From positions 6,882,001 through 6,946,000 of the forward strand of contig OZ024749.1 of NCBI GenBank assembly GCA_964016885.1: 64,000 bases of DNA, given 5' to 3'. The notes below the pieces were generated by a model. The model was not told the origin of the DNA and did not search any database. It saw only the letters and a list, made by a program, of their open reading frames with translations. Of this stretch, positions 1-11,753 are shown piece after piece. Source of the DNA: Eledone cirrhosa. Taxonomy: Eukaryota. How positions within the stretch are numbered: the first letter of the stretch is position 1; each line of letters opens with the position of its first letter. The position numbers and the translations under genes are program-made.

Positions 1-22
1 AGATAGAGCTAAGCTCCGATAA

Positions 23-504
23 CTATATAACTATATATATAAAACTGAGGATGTCTGTCTGTGTGTCTGTGAGTTTGAATCCCTAAATCTCGAGAAGTAC
101 CCAACCGATTTTTTTCAAACTTTACACGTGTATTACTTATGTTTCAGGGAGTATTATGCACATAAAAAAAATTCAACTTTTTGATCCCCTAGGTCCGCAT
201 TAGGTGAAAAACTGCGTTTTTTCAGCTTTTTAGGGGTTTTTTGAGGCGTTACGTCAGACTGATTTCCTTGAAATTGTAACTATGTATTAATCGGTCTCTT
301 CATACCGTGAGCAAAGAAAATCCAACTTTTTTATGGCCTAGGTGAAAACCTGCATTTTTCTTTCTTAAAGCTATCCAGCCATCAGAGTATTCGGTTTATT
401 TTCTTTACATATTGTCCAGGCATGCAGTTTTTCCACAATTAGGTCTGTTGGTGGCCCGCGTTCCAAAATACCTTATCCCGTGCAATGCCAGGTACCACTG
501 CTAG
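23..504 (+). mobile_element. Probable non-autonomous Helitron
   Basis: Starts CTATAT..ATATAAAA followed by a GTCT microsatellite. Ends in an imperfect GC-rich hairpin (cccgtgcaatgccaggt) and CTAG (501-504) followed by T, the canonical Helitron 3' end. No coding capacity. Confidence 0.6.
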
Positions 505-867
505 TATGATATAAAGGTAATAGGCTTCCTTTTTACTCTGAAATATGTCTTCCACAGTAGAATATACTGTTTCAAAAACTATATTTCTCATTAGGTAGTG
601 TGAGAAGATAGAATCCCCCTGTGAACAGCAGTGGCAGGATTTGATTTCAAAAACTGCTTAGAATGGACAAATAGCCAGAAAATCAAACACTCCTACATAC
701 AACAAGTGTTTAACCCTTTAACATTTAAATTGGCCATATCCGACCAGAATACTCTCCCCTCTTTGTGTTCAAACCGACCATAACTAGACACTCATACTGA
801 TGTGAAGGTATTGTTCTCAAATTAAATAATATCAAAATCTAATAGATTTGATATTATGTAAAATAAT

Positions 868-1050
868 TGTTTCTACTTTAGGCACAAGGCCAGCAATTAC
901 CCAGTTCATTACTGGTACTTCATTTTATCGACCCCGTAAGGATGAAAGGCAAAGTCAACCTCGGCGGGATTTGAACTCAGATCGTAAAGGGACGTAACTA
1001 TGCTGGAAGGCATGGCGTCAGACCCTCCACCGATACTGCCAACCCACCGC
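868..1050 (-). mobile_element. tRNA-derived SINE, family A (Nin/Deu-like domain)
   Basis: Minus strand has A box TGGCAGTATCGG, B box GAGTTCAAATCC and domain gcctttcatccttacggggtcgataaaatgaagtaccag. Flanked by a duplicated tattatgt(a/g)aaataat. Confidence 0.85.
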
Positions 1051-1072
1051 TCTTATATTATGTGAAATAATC

Positions 1073-1204
1073 GTTTCTACTTTAGGCACAAGGCCAGCAA
1101 TCACCCAGTGCATTACTGGTACTTTTTTTATCAACCCCGTGAGGATGAAAGGCAAAGTCAACCTAGGCGCGATTTGAACTCAGATCATAAAGGGACGTAA
1201 CTAT
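1073..1204 (-). mobile_element. SINE family A, 5'-truncated tandem copy
   Basis: Near-identical to 868-1000. Confidence 0.8.
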
Positions 1205-1414
1205 GTGAAATAATGATGTGAGATAAAGCCTTTACTGCAAAAATACAATAGTATATATAGAGTAATGTAAATGGTAAAAGGATCAAAGCCATTGTGAGTC
1301 CCATGACAGACTTTATCAGGCCTGGGATAAATTCTTTTGGCCGAATGCTCTTTGCGGTGCCAACATTTTTAGTTGTCTTTCGCAACATGCTGGGATATGA
1401 CCTAACCATTCTAA

Positions 1415-1572
1415 ACTGGAAGATCTGGGCAGAGGTGGTGAGAGCTGATCTCAAATTGTTGAAGCTCACAAATGAGATGGCAAATGAACATGATGGGTGG
1501 AGGAGTGCTGGAAAAGGCCTGTCCAGCCAATACAAGCACTGAAAAACAGGTGAAAAAAGGTGATGATGATCA
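1415..1572 (+). mobile_element. RTE LINE 3' fragment, degenerate
   Basis: Translates WAEVVRADLKLLKLTNEMA, matching the C-terminus of the LINE at 20152-20346. Has an (ATG)n tail. Confidence 0.7.
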
Positions 1573-1619
1573 TTATATGTATGTGTGTGTATGAGGGGGT
1601 GTATATATATATGTACGGC

Positions 1620-1775
1620 AACACTCATCTTTTTCCATTTCTCCGAGGGTTATAAACCCCACTATCAGGCTAGAAATTTCTTTAGTCTAAAATACGGTGA
1701 AAGCTTATAATTTCTAATTTCAAACTCGAGCACCGTTTCAAAAACATACTTACATGTTTACGTTTATAATTTGCT

Positions 1776-1780
<5 letters not shown>
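1620..1780. repeat. Dispersed repeat, second copy at about 27365-27505, each followed by (TA)n
   Basis: Shared actcatctttttccatttctccgagggtt..accccactatcaggcta..tttctttagtc..aaatacgg. Confidence 0.65.
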
Positions 1781-1816
<36 letters not shown>

Positions 1817-1921
1817 TTACATACATACATATATATTTATATAGATAGATAGATATACTAAATTGAGGTTTAATCGACACATCTAAAATATATATCGATT
1901 ATGTATGGTGTGTGTGTGTAT

Positions 1922-2250
1922 ATCATCATCATCATCATTATTTTACGTCTGCTTTTCCCTGCTTACAAGGGTCCTATTCAGCACAGCATCTCTCCACTTG
2001 TCACGGTCCTTTGTCATCTCCCTGGTGAGTTTCAGCGATCTGAGGTCTGCTCTCACCACCTCCGCCCATGTTTTCCGTGGTCTACCTCTACTGCGTCTTC
2101 CCTCCACTGGGACTTCCTCGCACTTCTTCACCCATCGGTCATCCTCCATGCGCATCACATGTCCACACCATCTCAGCCTTCTCACCTGCACACCATAACT
2201 TATCCCTCTTATACCCAGATTCTTTCTCAACTCGTCTACACTTGGTCGTT
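1922..2250 (-). mobile_element. RTE LINE 3' fragment
   Basis: ORF 1943-2296 reads RRLRWCGHVMRMEDDRWVKK..GRRSRGRPRKTW, the RTE C-terminal motif. (CAT)n tail on the + strand. Confidence 0.85.
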
Positions 2251-2426
2251 CACACATACAAACATAGATATATAATGTTCTCCTTATATTATTCAAACTG
2301 TCAAAACATTACAGCGTTAGACAGGCTACACACTGCAGTAAACTATACTCAATCAGATAAACCTATCTGAGGAAAAACTACAGCAAAATACTCAACATTG
2401 ACTCTATTTCAGAGAAGACATATTTT

Positions 2427-2610
2427 TGTTTCTACTTTAGGCACAAGGCCAGCAATTATCCAGTGCATTACTGGTACTTTATTTTATCGACCCCGTAAGG
2501 ATGAAAGGCAAAGTCAACCTCGGCGGGATTTGAACTCAGATCGTAAAGGGACGTAACTATGCTTGAAAGCATGGCGTCCGACCCTCTACCGATATTGCCA
2601 ATCCACCGCC
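2427..2610 (-). mobile_element. SINE family A, full length with TSD
   Basis: A and B boxes plus the Nin-like domain. agaagacatatt is duplicated on both sides. Confidence 0.88.
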
Positions 2611-2949
2611 CAGAGAAGAAGACATATTGGTAATAAGACAGAAATGTATTTCACAAGTTACACAATAATTACTTTTAACAAGGTATTTTCCACTATTGCA
2701 AACAGCAAGTTGATCATGAAAGTAAATCTGCATCAAAACGAGTAAATGATTGAGAGAGAATAGCAAGTCAACCCTACATATGCATCGTAGAAAACAGAGG
2801 ATGTCACGACAGACACGAATTATCTTACACACATATATATCAATTAAATATTTTAAGATCTGGCAATGTGAGTAACACACCTGAGGTGTGTTACTCACAT
2901 CAGGTGTGTGACCTTCTGCCTATATTAGGAATCGATATTATTGCTATAG

Positions 2950-2983
2950 GTAGAGATAGATAGATAGATAGATTGACAGATAG

Positions 2984-3014
<31 letters not shown>

Positions 3015-3440
3015 TGGAGGGAGAGAGGTAGAAAAGAGAGAGAGAGAGAGAGAGGTAGAAAAAGAGAGAGAGAGACGTAAGAGAGAGAGACAGGGAGAAT
3101 GTGCAAAAGAGGAGTGAGAGACCCAGATGAAGATAGTGTATGTGTATGAGAGAGATAGGGAGAGAGAGAGAGAGAGATGGGGTGTATGGGTTGGTGTATG
3201 TCTGTCTGTCTGTGTGTGTGAGGGAGAGGGAGAGATGGGGAGAGAGAGAGAGATGGAGTATATAGGTGAGTGTCTGTCTGTGTGTATGACAGAGAGAGTA
3301 TGAAAGAGAGAGAGAGAGATGGAGTATATGGTGTGTGAGTGTGTCTGTCTGTGTGTATGACAGGGAGAGAGTATGAGAGAGAGAGAGAGAGAGTGAGAGT
3401 GAGGGAGAGAGAGTTAGAGTCTCTGTGTGGGTTTGGGTGT
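2950..3440. repeat. (GATA)n/(GA)n/(GT)n low-complexity tract
   Basis: Read directly from the sequence. Confidence 0.9.
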
Positions 3441-6400
3441 GTATAAATATCTGTGTGAGTGAGGTGTGTGTGTGTGTATACCTGTGTGTGTATGTAAGGG
3501 AGATGGACAAGTGAGGTGTGTGTGTGTGTGTATACCTGTGTGTGTATGTGAGGGAGATAGACAAGTGAGGTGTGTGTGTGTGTATACCTGTGTGTGTGGG
3601 GGAGAGAGATGGACAGGTGAGGTGTGTGTGTGTGTATACCTGTGTGTGTATGTGAGGGAGATGGACAAGTGAGGTGTGTGTGTGTGTGTATACCTGTGTG
3701 TGTATGTGAGGGAGATGGACAAGTGAGGTGTGTGTGTGTATGTATACCTGTGTGTGTATGTGAGGGAGATGGACAAGTGAGGTGTGTGTGTGTATGTATA
3801 CCTGTGTGTGTATGTATACCTGTGTGTGTGTGTGTGGGAGAGAGATGGACAGGTGAGGTGTGTGTGTGTATGTATACCTGTGTGTGTGGGGGAGAGAGAT
3901 AGACAGGTGAGGTGTGTGTGTGTATGTATACCTGTGTGTGTGTGTGGGGGAGAGATGGACAGGTGAGGTGTGTGTGTGTATGTATACCTGTGTGTGTGGG
4001 GGAGAGAGATGGACAGGTGAGGTGTGTGTGTGTATGTATACCTGTGTGTGTGTGTGGGGGAGAGATGGACAGGTGAGGTGTGTGTGTGTATGTATACCTG
4101 TGTGTGTATGTATACCTGTGTGTGTGGGGGAGAGAGATAGACAGGTGAGGTGTGTGTGTGTATGTATACCTGTGTGTGTGGGGGAGAGAGATGGACAGGT
4201 GAGGTGTGTGTGTGTATGTATACCTGTGTGTGTGGGGGAGAGAGATGGACAAGTGAGGTGTGTGTGTGTGTATACCTGTGTGTGTGGGGGAGAGAGATGG
4301 ACAGGTGAGGTGTGTGTGTGTATGTATACCTGTGTGTGTGGGGGAGAGAGATAGACAGGTGAGGTGTGTGTGTGTATGTATACCTGTGTGTGTGGGGGAG
4401 AGAGATAGACAGGTGAGGTGTGTGTGTGTATGTATACCTGTGTGTGTGTGTGGGGGAGAGATGGACAGGTGAGGTGTGTGTGTGTGTGTATACCTGTGTG
4501 TGTGGGGGAGAGAGATGGACAGGTGAGGTGTGTGTGTGTATGTATACCTGTGTGTGTGGGGGAGAGAGATAGACAGGTGAGGTGTGTGTGTGTATGTATA
4601 CCTGTGTGTGTGGGGGAGAGAGATAGACAGGTGAGGTGTGTGTGTGTATGTATACCTGTGTGTGTGGGGGAGAGAGATAGACAGGTGAGGTGTGTGTGTG
4701 TGTGTATACCTGTGTGTGTGGGGGAGAGAGATGGACAGGTGAGGTGTGTGTGTGTATGTATACCTGTGTGTGTGGGGGAGAGAGATAGACAGGTGAGGTG
4801 TGTGTGTGTATGTATACCTGTGTGTGTGGGGGAGAGATGGACAGGTGAGGTGTGTGTGTGTATACCTGTGTGTGTGGGGGAGAGAGATGGACAGGTGAGG
4901 TGTGTGTGTGTATGTATACCTGTGTGTGTATGTGAGGGAGATGGACAGGTGAGGTGTGTGTGTGTGTGTATACCTGTGTGTGTGGGGGAGAGAGATGGAC
5001 AGGTGAGGTGTGTGTGTGTATGTATACCTGTGTGTGTATGTGAGAGAGATGGACAGGTGAGGTGTGTGTGTGTGTGTATACCTGTGTGTGTGGGGGAGAG
5101 AGATGGACAGGTGAGGTGTGTGTGTGTATGTATACCTGTGTGTGTGGGGGAGAGAGATAGACAGGTGAGGTGTGTGTGTGTATGTATACCTGTGTGTGTG
5201 GGGGAGAGAGATGGACAGGTGAGGTGTGTGTGTGTATGTATACCTGTGTGTGTATGTGAGAGAGATGGACAGGTGAGGTGTGTGTGTGTGTGTATACCTG
5301 TGTGTGTGGGGGAGAGAGATGGACAGGTGAGGTGTGTGTGTGTATGTATACCTGTGTGTGTGGGGGAGAGAGATGGACAGGTGAGGTGTGTGTGTGTGTG
5401 TATACCTGTGTGTGTGGGGGAGAGAGATGGACAGGTGAGGTGTGTGTGTGTGTGTATACCTGTGTGTGTGGGGGAGAGAGATAGACAGGTGAGGTGTGTG
5501 TGTATGTATACCTGTGTGTGTGGGGGAGAGAGATGGACAGGTGAGGTGTGTGTGTGTATGTATACCTGTGTGTGTATGTGAGAGAGATGGACAGGTGAGG
5601 TGTGTGTGTGTGTGTATACCTGTGTGTGTGGGGGAGAGAGATGGACAGGTGAGGTGTGTGTGTGTGTGTATACCTGTGTGTGTGGGGGAGAGAGATGGAC
5701 AGGTGAGGTGTGTGTGTGTATGTATACCTGTGTGTGTATGTGAGAGAGATGGACAGGTGAGGTGTGTGTGTGTGTGTATACCTGTGTGTGTGGGGGAGAG
5801 AGATGGACAGGTGAGGTGTGTGTGTGTATGTATACCTGTGTGTGTGGGGGAGAGAGATGGACAGGTGAGGTGTGTGTGTGTATGTATACCTGTGTGTGTG
5901 GGGGAGAGAGATGGACAGGTGAGGTGTGTGTGTGTATGTATACCTGTGTGTGTGGGGGAGAGAGATGGACAGGTGAGGTGTGTGTGTGTATGTATACCTG
6001 TGTGTGTGGGGGGGGGAGAGACAGGTGAGATGTGTGTGTGTATGTATACCTGTGTGTGTGGGGGAGAGAGATAGACAGGTGAGGTGTGTGTGTGTATGTA
6101 TACCTGTGTGTGTGGGGGAGAGAGATGGACAGGTGAGGTGTGTGTGTGTATGTATACCTGTGTGTGTGGGGGAGAGAGATGGACAGGTGAGGTGTGTGTG
6201 TGTGTGTATACCTGTGTGTGTGGGGGAGAGAGATGGACAGGTGAGGTGTGTGTGTGTATACCTGTGTGTGTGGGGGAGAGAGATGGACAGGTGAGGTGTG
6301 TGTGTGTGTGTATACCTGTGTGTGTATGTGAGGGAGATGGACAAGTGAGGTGTGTGTGTGTATGTATACCTGTGTGTGTGGGGGAGAGAGATGGACAGGT

Positions 6401-7640
6401 GAGGTGTGTGTGTGTGTGTATACCTGTGTGTGTATGTGAGAGAGATGGACAAGTGAGGTGTGTGTGTGTGTGTATACCTGTGTGTGTGGGGGAGAGAGAT
6501 GGACAGGTGAGGTGTGTGTGTGTGTATACCTGTGTGTGTGGGGGAGAGAGATGGACAGGTGAGGTGTGTGTATGTATACCTGTGTGTGTGGGGGAGAGAG
6601 ATGGACAGGTGAGGTGTGTGTATGTATACCTGTGTGTGTGGGGGAGAGAGATGGACAGGTGAGGTGTGTGTATGTATACCTGTGTGTGTGGGGGAGAGAG
6701 ATGGACAGGTGAGGTGTGTGTGTATGTATACCTGTGTGTGTGGGGGAGAGAGATGGACAGGTGAGGTGTGTGTGTATGTATACCTGTGTGTGTGGGGGAG
6801 AGAGATGGACAGGTGAGGTGTGTGTATGTATACCTGTGTGTGTGGGGGAGGGAGATGGACAGGTGAGGTGTGTGTGTGTGTGTATACCTGTGTGTGTGGG
6901 GGAGAGAGATGGACAGGTGAGGTGTGTGTGTGTGTGTATACCTGTGTGTGTGGGGGAGGGAGATGGACAGGTGAGGTGTGTGTGTGTGTGTATACCTGTG
7001 TGTGTGGGGGAGAGAGATGGACAGGTGAGGTGTGTGTGTGTGTGTATACCTGTGTGTGTATGTGAGAGAGATGGACAGGTGAGGTGTGTGTGTGTATGTA
7101 TACCTGTGTGTGTGGGGGAGAGAGATGGACAGGTGAGGTGTGTGTGTGTGTGTATACCTGTGTGTGTGGGGGAGGGAGATGGACAGGTGAGGTGTGTGTG
7201 TGTGTGTATACCTGTGTGTGTGGGGGAGAGAGATGGACAGGTGAGGTGTGTGTGTGTGTGTATACCTGTGTGTGTGGGGGAGAGATGGACAGGTGAGGTG
7301 TGTGTGTGTATGTATACCTGTGTGTGTGGGGGGGAGAGAGATGGACAGGTGAGGTGTGTGTGTGTGTGTATACCTGTGTGTGTGGGGGAGAGAGATGGAC
7401 AGGTGAGGTGTGTGTGTGTGTGTATACCTGTGTGTGTGGGGGAGGGAGATGGACAGGTGAGGTGTGTGTGTGTGTGTATACCTGTGTGTGTGGGGGAGAG
7501 AGATGGACAGGTGAGGTGTGTGTGTGTGTGTATACCTGTGTGTGTGGGGGAGGGAGATGGACAGGTGAGGTGTGTGTGTGTATGTATACCTGTGTGTGTG
7601 GGGGAGAGAGATGGACAGGTGAGGTGTGTGTGTGTATGAG
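3440..7640. repeat. ~54-bp compound minisatellite, roughly 78 units
   Basis: Unit ggacaggtgaggtgtgtgtgtgtatgtatacctgtgtgtgtgggggagagagat with variable GT counts. Produces the 18-aa periodicity seen in the spurious ORFs. Confidence 0.95.
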
Positions 7641-7689
7641 AGAGGGTTAGGGATGAGGTGGAGAGAGAGAGTGAAGGGAGAAACAGGCA

Positions 7690-8240
7690 GATTGAGTGTG
7701 TGTGTGTTAGTGCATGCATGTGTGTGTGAGTGTGTGTGTGTTAGTGCATGCATGTGTGTGTGAGTGTGTGAATGTGTGAGTGTGTGAATGTGTGAGTGTG
7801 TGAATGTGTGTGTGTGTGAATGTGTGTGTGTGTGAATGTGTGTGTGTGAATGCGGTGTGTGTGTTAGTACATGCATATATGTGAGAGTGTGTGTGTGAAT
7901 ATATAAGTGCTAGTGTGTCCATGTATGTGTGTCCATGTGTGTGTTAGTGTGTGAGTGTTAGTGTGTATGTGTTAGTGTGTATGTGAGTGTTAGTGTGCCC
8001 ATGTGTGTGTGTTAGTGTGTATGTGTCTGTGTGAGTGTTTGTGTGTCCCTGTGTGTGTGTTAGTGTGTATGTGTGCGTTAGTGCCTGTGTGCCCATGTGT
8101 GTGTGTGTTAGTGTGTATGTCCCTGTGTGAGTGTTTGTGTGTCCCTGTGTGTGTGTTAGTGTGTATGTGTCTGTGTGAGTGTTTGTGTGTCCCTGTGTGT
8201 CCATGTTTGTGTGCGTTAGTGTGTATGTGTGTGTGTGAGA
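7690..8240. repeat. GT-rich degenerate microsatellite
   Basis: (GT)n interspersed with gttagt and gaat. Confidence 0.9.
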
Positions 8241-8464
8241 TATAACGTGTGTGGAGTCTCCCAAAGAAGCAGAACTCGCTATATTGGACAACTCCTTAGT
8301 TTAATGTTGAGACATTTCATAAACGGAGAGAGAAAGGAGGGGGACAATGGCGTTTACACAGCAGCCCCTTATCCGGACAAAGACAATATATAGCTTTACT
8401 GTCTCTAGCATGGCGTTAGTGGGGAGAGGGGGGGAAAGAGGTGGAGAACAATGCTTAGGCAATA

Positions 8465-8915
8465 TTCTAATATGGATATATTAAAAGTAGAATTAAATGT
8501 CATTTACTTGGCCTACATTATTAACTATGTCTGTCTAGGTTGCACTTTATTTCACATTATATATAAAGCTAATATAAAAGTGCTTTTATGTTCTCAGGTG
8601 AGATAAGAATTTTTTAGATTGAAATATTTTCTAATGTAGCACCTTCGATATACAGATTGTGGTAAGAATCCCCCAAAAAATATTATATATATATATCATC
8701 ATCATCATCATCATTGATTAACGTCCATCTTCCATGCTAGTATGGGTTAGACAGGTCCCATTTACAGGCAAGTGTTTCTGGCTGGAATAGCCGTCGAAAC
8801 AGCTTGAGCTCTGCCGTTGGGGGTCATACATTTACCTATTACCCACTCTACTACCCTAAGTATTGAGTACTCTAGTGTGTTATGGTCCATCTGGTTCCTT
8901 ACCACAACTCCTTCG

Positions 8916-8975
<60 letters not shown>

Positions 8976-9669
8976 GATAAGTGGTAACATAACAGTTAAT
9001 TCACCATACCGAGAACAATTGTTTCACCTTAGCAGATCCTCATTCATACTGTTGGGAGTGTACGAGCTGAGGGTCCGCTAAGGTGAAACAATTGTTCTCG
9101 GTATGGTGAACTAACTGTTATGTTACCACTTCTATATATATATATATATAACGAAGGAGTTGTGGTAATGAACCAGATGGACCATAACGCACTAGAGTAC
9201 TCATTACTTAGGGTAGTAGAGTGAGTAATAGGAGAATGTATGACCCCGACGGCAGAACTCATGCCGTTTCGACGGCTATTTCTGGACTAAATTCATTTAG
9301 TCCAGAATTATATATATTGGCATTAGGAAGGGCATCCAGCCATAGAAAACCAGCCAGAAACACTTGCCTCTAAATGGGACCTGTCTAACCCATGCTAGCA
9401 TGGAAGATGGACGTTAATCAATGATGATGATGATGATGATATATATATATAATATTTTTGGGGGGATTCTTACCACAATCTGTATATCGAAGGTGCTACA
9501 TTAGAAAATATTTCAATCTAAAAAATTCTTATCTCACCTGAGAACATAAAAGCACTTTTATATTAGCTTTATATATAATGTGAAATAAAGTGCAACCTAG
9601 ACAGACATAGTTAATAATGCAGGCCAGTAAATGACATTTAATTCTACTTTTAATATATCCATATTAGAA
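8465..9669. repeat. 1.2-kb nested imperfect palindrome
   Basis: Outer arms 8465-8785/9350-9669, middle arms about 8786-8918/9150-9281, inner arms about 8978-9042/9068-9131, separated by (TA)n. Confidence 0.9.
9061..9103 (+). ncRNA. Minimal type-I hammerhead ribozyme, core variant CUGAGGG
   Basis: cgag-CTGAGGG-tccgctaaggt-GAAAC-aatt-GTT-ctcg. Helix I is cgag/ctcg and helix III is the palindrome AACAATTGTT. A9 is changed to G. Confidence 0.55.
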
Positions 9670-9739
9670 ATGTGAATATTACCATGGCATTATTCTCCCT
9701 CTAGCAGATCCTCAGCTCATAACTGTTGGGAGGAGTGTA

Positions 9740-9777
9740 CGAGCTGAGGATCAGCTAAGGTGAAACAATTGTTCTCG
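9740..9777 (+). ncRNA. Minimal type-I hammerhead ribozyme
   Basis: cgag-CTGAGGA(9744-9750)-tcagctaaggt-GAAAC-aatt-GTT-ctcg. Helix II is weak. Same family as 9061. Confidence 0.6.
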
Positions 9778-9873
9778 GCATGGTGAACTAACTGTTGTGT
9801 TACCACTTCTACCTAACTCATCCCATGGACTGAGTGCTCTACCACTACGGATATTACCTTCCAGTGTTCTACA

Positions 9874-9911
<38 letters not shown>

Positions 9912-9940
9912 GTTATGTAATAAATAACATAATGCAATTA

Positions 9941-10000
9941 TTCCATTTACCAGTGGTTTCTTAAAAGCAAAAAATTTTGCTTTCAATCCTCAGAATGAAA
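9941..10000 (-). ncRNA. Type-I hammerhead ribozyme (mirror copy)
   Basis: Reverse complement reads tttcatt-CTGAGGA-ttgaaagc-loop-gcttttaa-GAAAcc-act-gGTA-aatggaa. Confidence 0.85.
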
Positions 10001-10016
10001 AAATCCTGGTCTTTTT

Positions 10017-10076
10017 TTTCATTCTGAGGATTGAAAGCAAAATTTTTGGCTTTTAAGAAACCACTGGTAAATGGAA
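10017..10076 (+). ncRNA. Type-I hammerhead ribozyme, intact
   Basis: Helix I tttcatt/aatggaa; core CTGAGGA 10024-10030; helix II ttgaaagc/gcttttaa; GAAA 10057-10060; helix III acc/ggt; GUA triplet with predicted cleavage after 10069. Confidence 0.88.
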
Positions 10077-10175
10077 TAATTGCATTATGTTGTTTATTAC
10101 ATAACTATTAAGCTCTGTTACCTACATAGAGCACTCTTTTTTCCTGGACTTTTCCGACGGAATTACTTCATTTAT

Positions 10176-10213
<38 letters not shown>

Positions 10214-10384
10214 GGACATTAGTTAATAGGGATTCTCACAGCTATGTAATTAAGGAGCAAGAGGCAGTGAATGGAGAGAGTCATAAGAATGTCAGATAGA
10301 ATGCTTTATAGTATTCATTCTTGCTCTCTCTACTTTGAGTTTAAATTTCACTGAGGTCAATTTAGCATTTCATCCATTCAAGGT

Positions 10385-10690
10385 GGTCATCATCATCATT
10401 TTCGTTTTCTTCTTTGCCCACTTAATCCTGGGAGGGTCGTGGTGGGGCCTGAGTCCTCAAATATTCCTCCCAACATGTCCTGTCAGAAGCAACCATCTCC
10501 AACTGATCCGGCTGGATCCCCAAATGTGACCAGCCAAGCTCATGGATGTTATCCGACCATCTTGCTCCGGCTCTACGTCTGGATCTCCTAACAGTTGATT
10601 TTGTCAGTAAAATCTGTCCAGCGATTCTTCCCTGAGACATTCTAACCACAAGTCCATGATATTGGAACTATGATCTCTAAATTCAAAGAC
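10385..10690 (-). mobile_element. RTE-type LINE 3' fragment (a distinct subfamily)
   Basis: ORF 10422-10649 reads GLVVRMSQGRIA..RRSRRRAGARWSDNI. (CAT)n tail. Confidence 0.6.
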
Positions 10691-11235
10691 GTAATGGCTC
10701 TCCCCATTCACTACCTCTTGCTCCTTAATGACTTTCCCCATTCACTGCCTCTTGCCCCTTAATTACATAGCTTTGAGAATCCCTATTAACTAATGTCCAT
10801 TTATATATATTCTCTGATCTCTGAGTTACACACTCTTTTGAGTAATGTTAATGTTGAGTAATGTTAAGGGTTCAAAGACCCTTCGGAAGAAACCCCATTT
10901 TGGCCACTTGTATTCACAATCATATTCTTTTAGTCATTAAACAGGATTCATGACCATAGGTAAGGGTTGGCCTGAATACCAAATGCCTACCTCCCCTCTT
11001 CTGATTACTGAATGCTGGATCTGGTGCATTACTGCACCAGCTCCTGCAATTCTTGCTCTTATTTCAGCCTCCTGCCTTCCATCACTTGTGAACATGGCCC
11101 TGATCTTTCAAGGTCAATATAAAAAAAGTACCAGTCTAGTACTGGGGTCGATTCTTCCTCTATATCTCTTTCTCTCAAATAAATTGGTTATGTTCAGTCA
11201 TGGTAAGGAGAAGGGTTCTGTCAGGTTTGAAAATG

Positions 11236-11552
11236 TCCATGAAATGCCACATGTCAATATATCACCCCTACCACTCCATGAAATGCCACATGCCAATATA
11301 GCACCCTACCACTCCATGAAATACCACATGTCAATATGACACCCCTACCACTCCATGAAATTTCACATGTCAATATGGCACCCCTACCACTCCATGGACA
11401 GCCACATGTCAATATGACACCCCTACCACTCCAGGGACAGCCACATGTCAATATGACACCCCTACCACTCCATGGACAGCCACCTGTCAATATGACACCC
11501 CTACCACTCCATGGAATGCCACATGTCAATATGAAACCCCTACCACTCCATC
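11236..11552. repeat. 39-bp minisatellite, about 8 units
   Basis: Unit ccatggacagccacatgtcaatatgacacccctaccact; 13-aa periodicity in the overlapping ORFs. Confidence 0.9.
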
Positions 11553-11753
11553 AGGAATTACTGGTCGATTCATAAATAATACGTAAGGTGTAATGGCAAG
11601 TGACTTCATGGTTAGGGAGTGCCTCTATTGGTTGTAATGCCAAGAGTTCCATTACAGGTGTTGTGGTGTGCTGATTTGTTGTCGAGCAACACAATTGTTT
11701 CATGTAACTCCAGTCCATTCAACTGGCAAAAAATAGTTATTATAGTTATTTCT

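Larger units (their letters stand above)
714..1281 (+). mobile_element. piggyBac-type MITE interrupted by two SINEs
   Basis: Starts TTAA-CCCTTTAACATTT. Its body matches the copies at 14962-15600 and 27662-27874. It resumes at about 1204 and ends in a degenerate TIR (aaatggtaaaagg). Confidence 0.6.

Noticed and set aside
3600-7640. CAG/GTGAG splice-donor-like motif and an acaggt/acctgt mini inverted repeat in each satellite unit
   Set aside because: There are no acceptors or exon evidence, and any short motif in the unit is multiplied trivially.
2900-7876. 1658-, 1591- and 1012-aa His/Thr-rich ORFs and their Cys/Val-rich antisense ORFs
   Set aside because: They are translations of the 54-bp (CA)-rich minisatellite. 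All three minus frames are open and the phase drifts with GT copy number.
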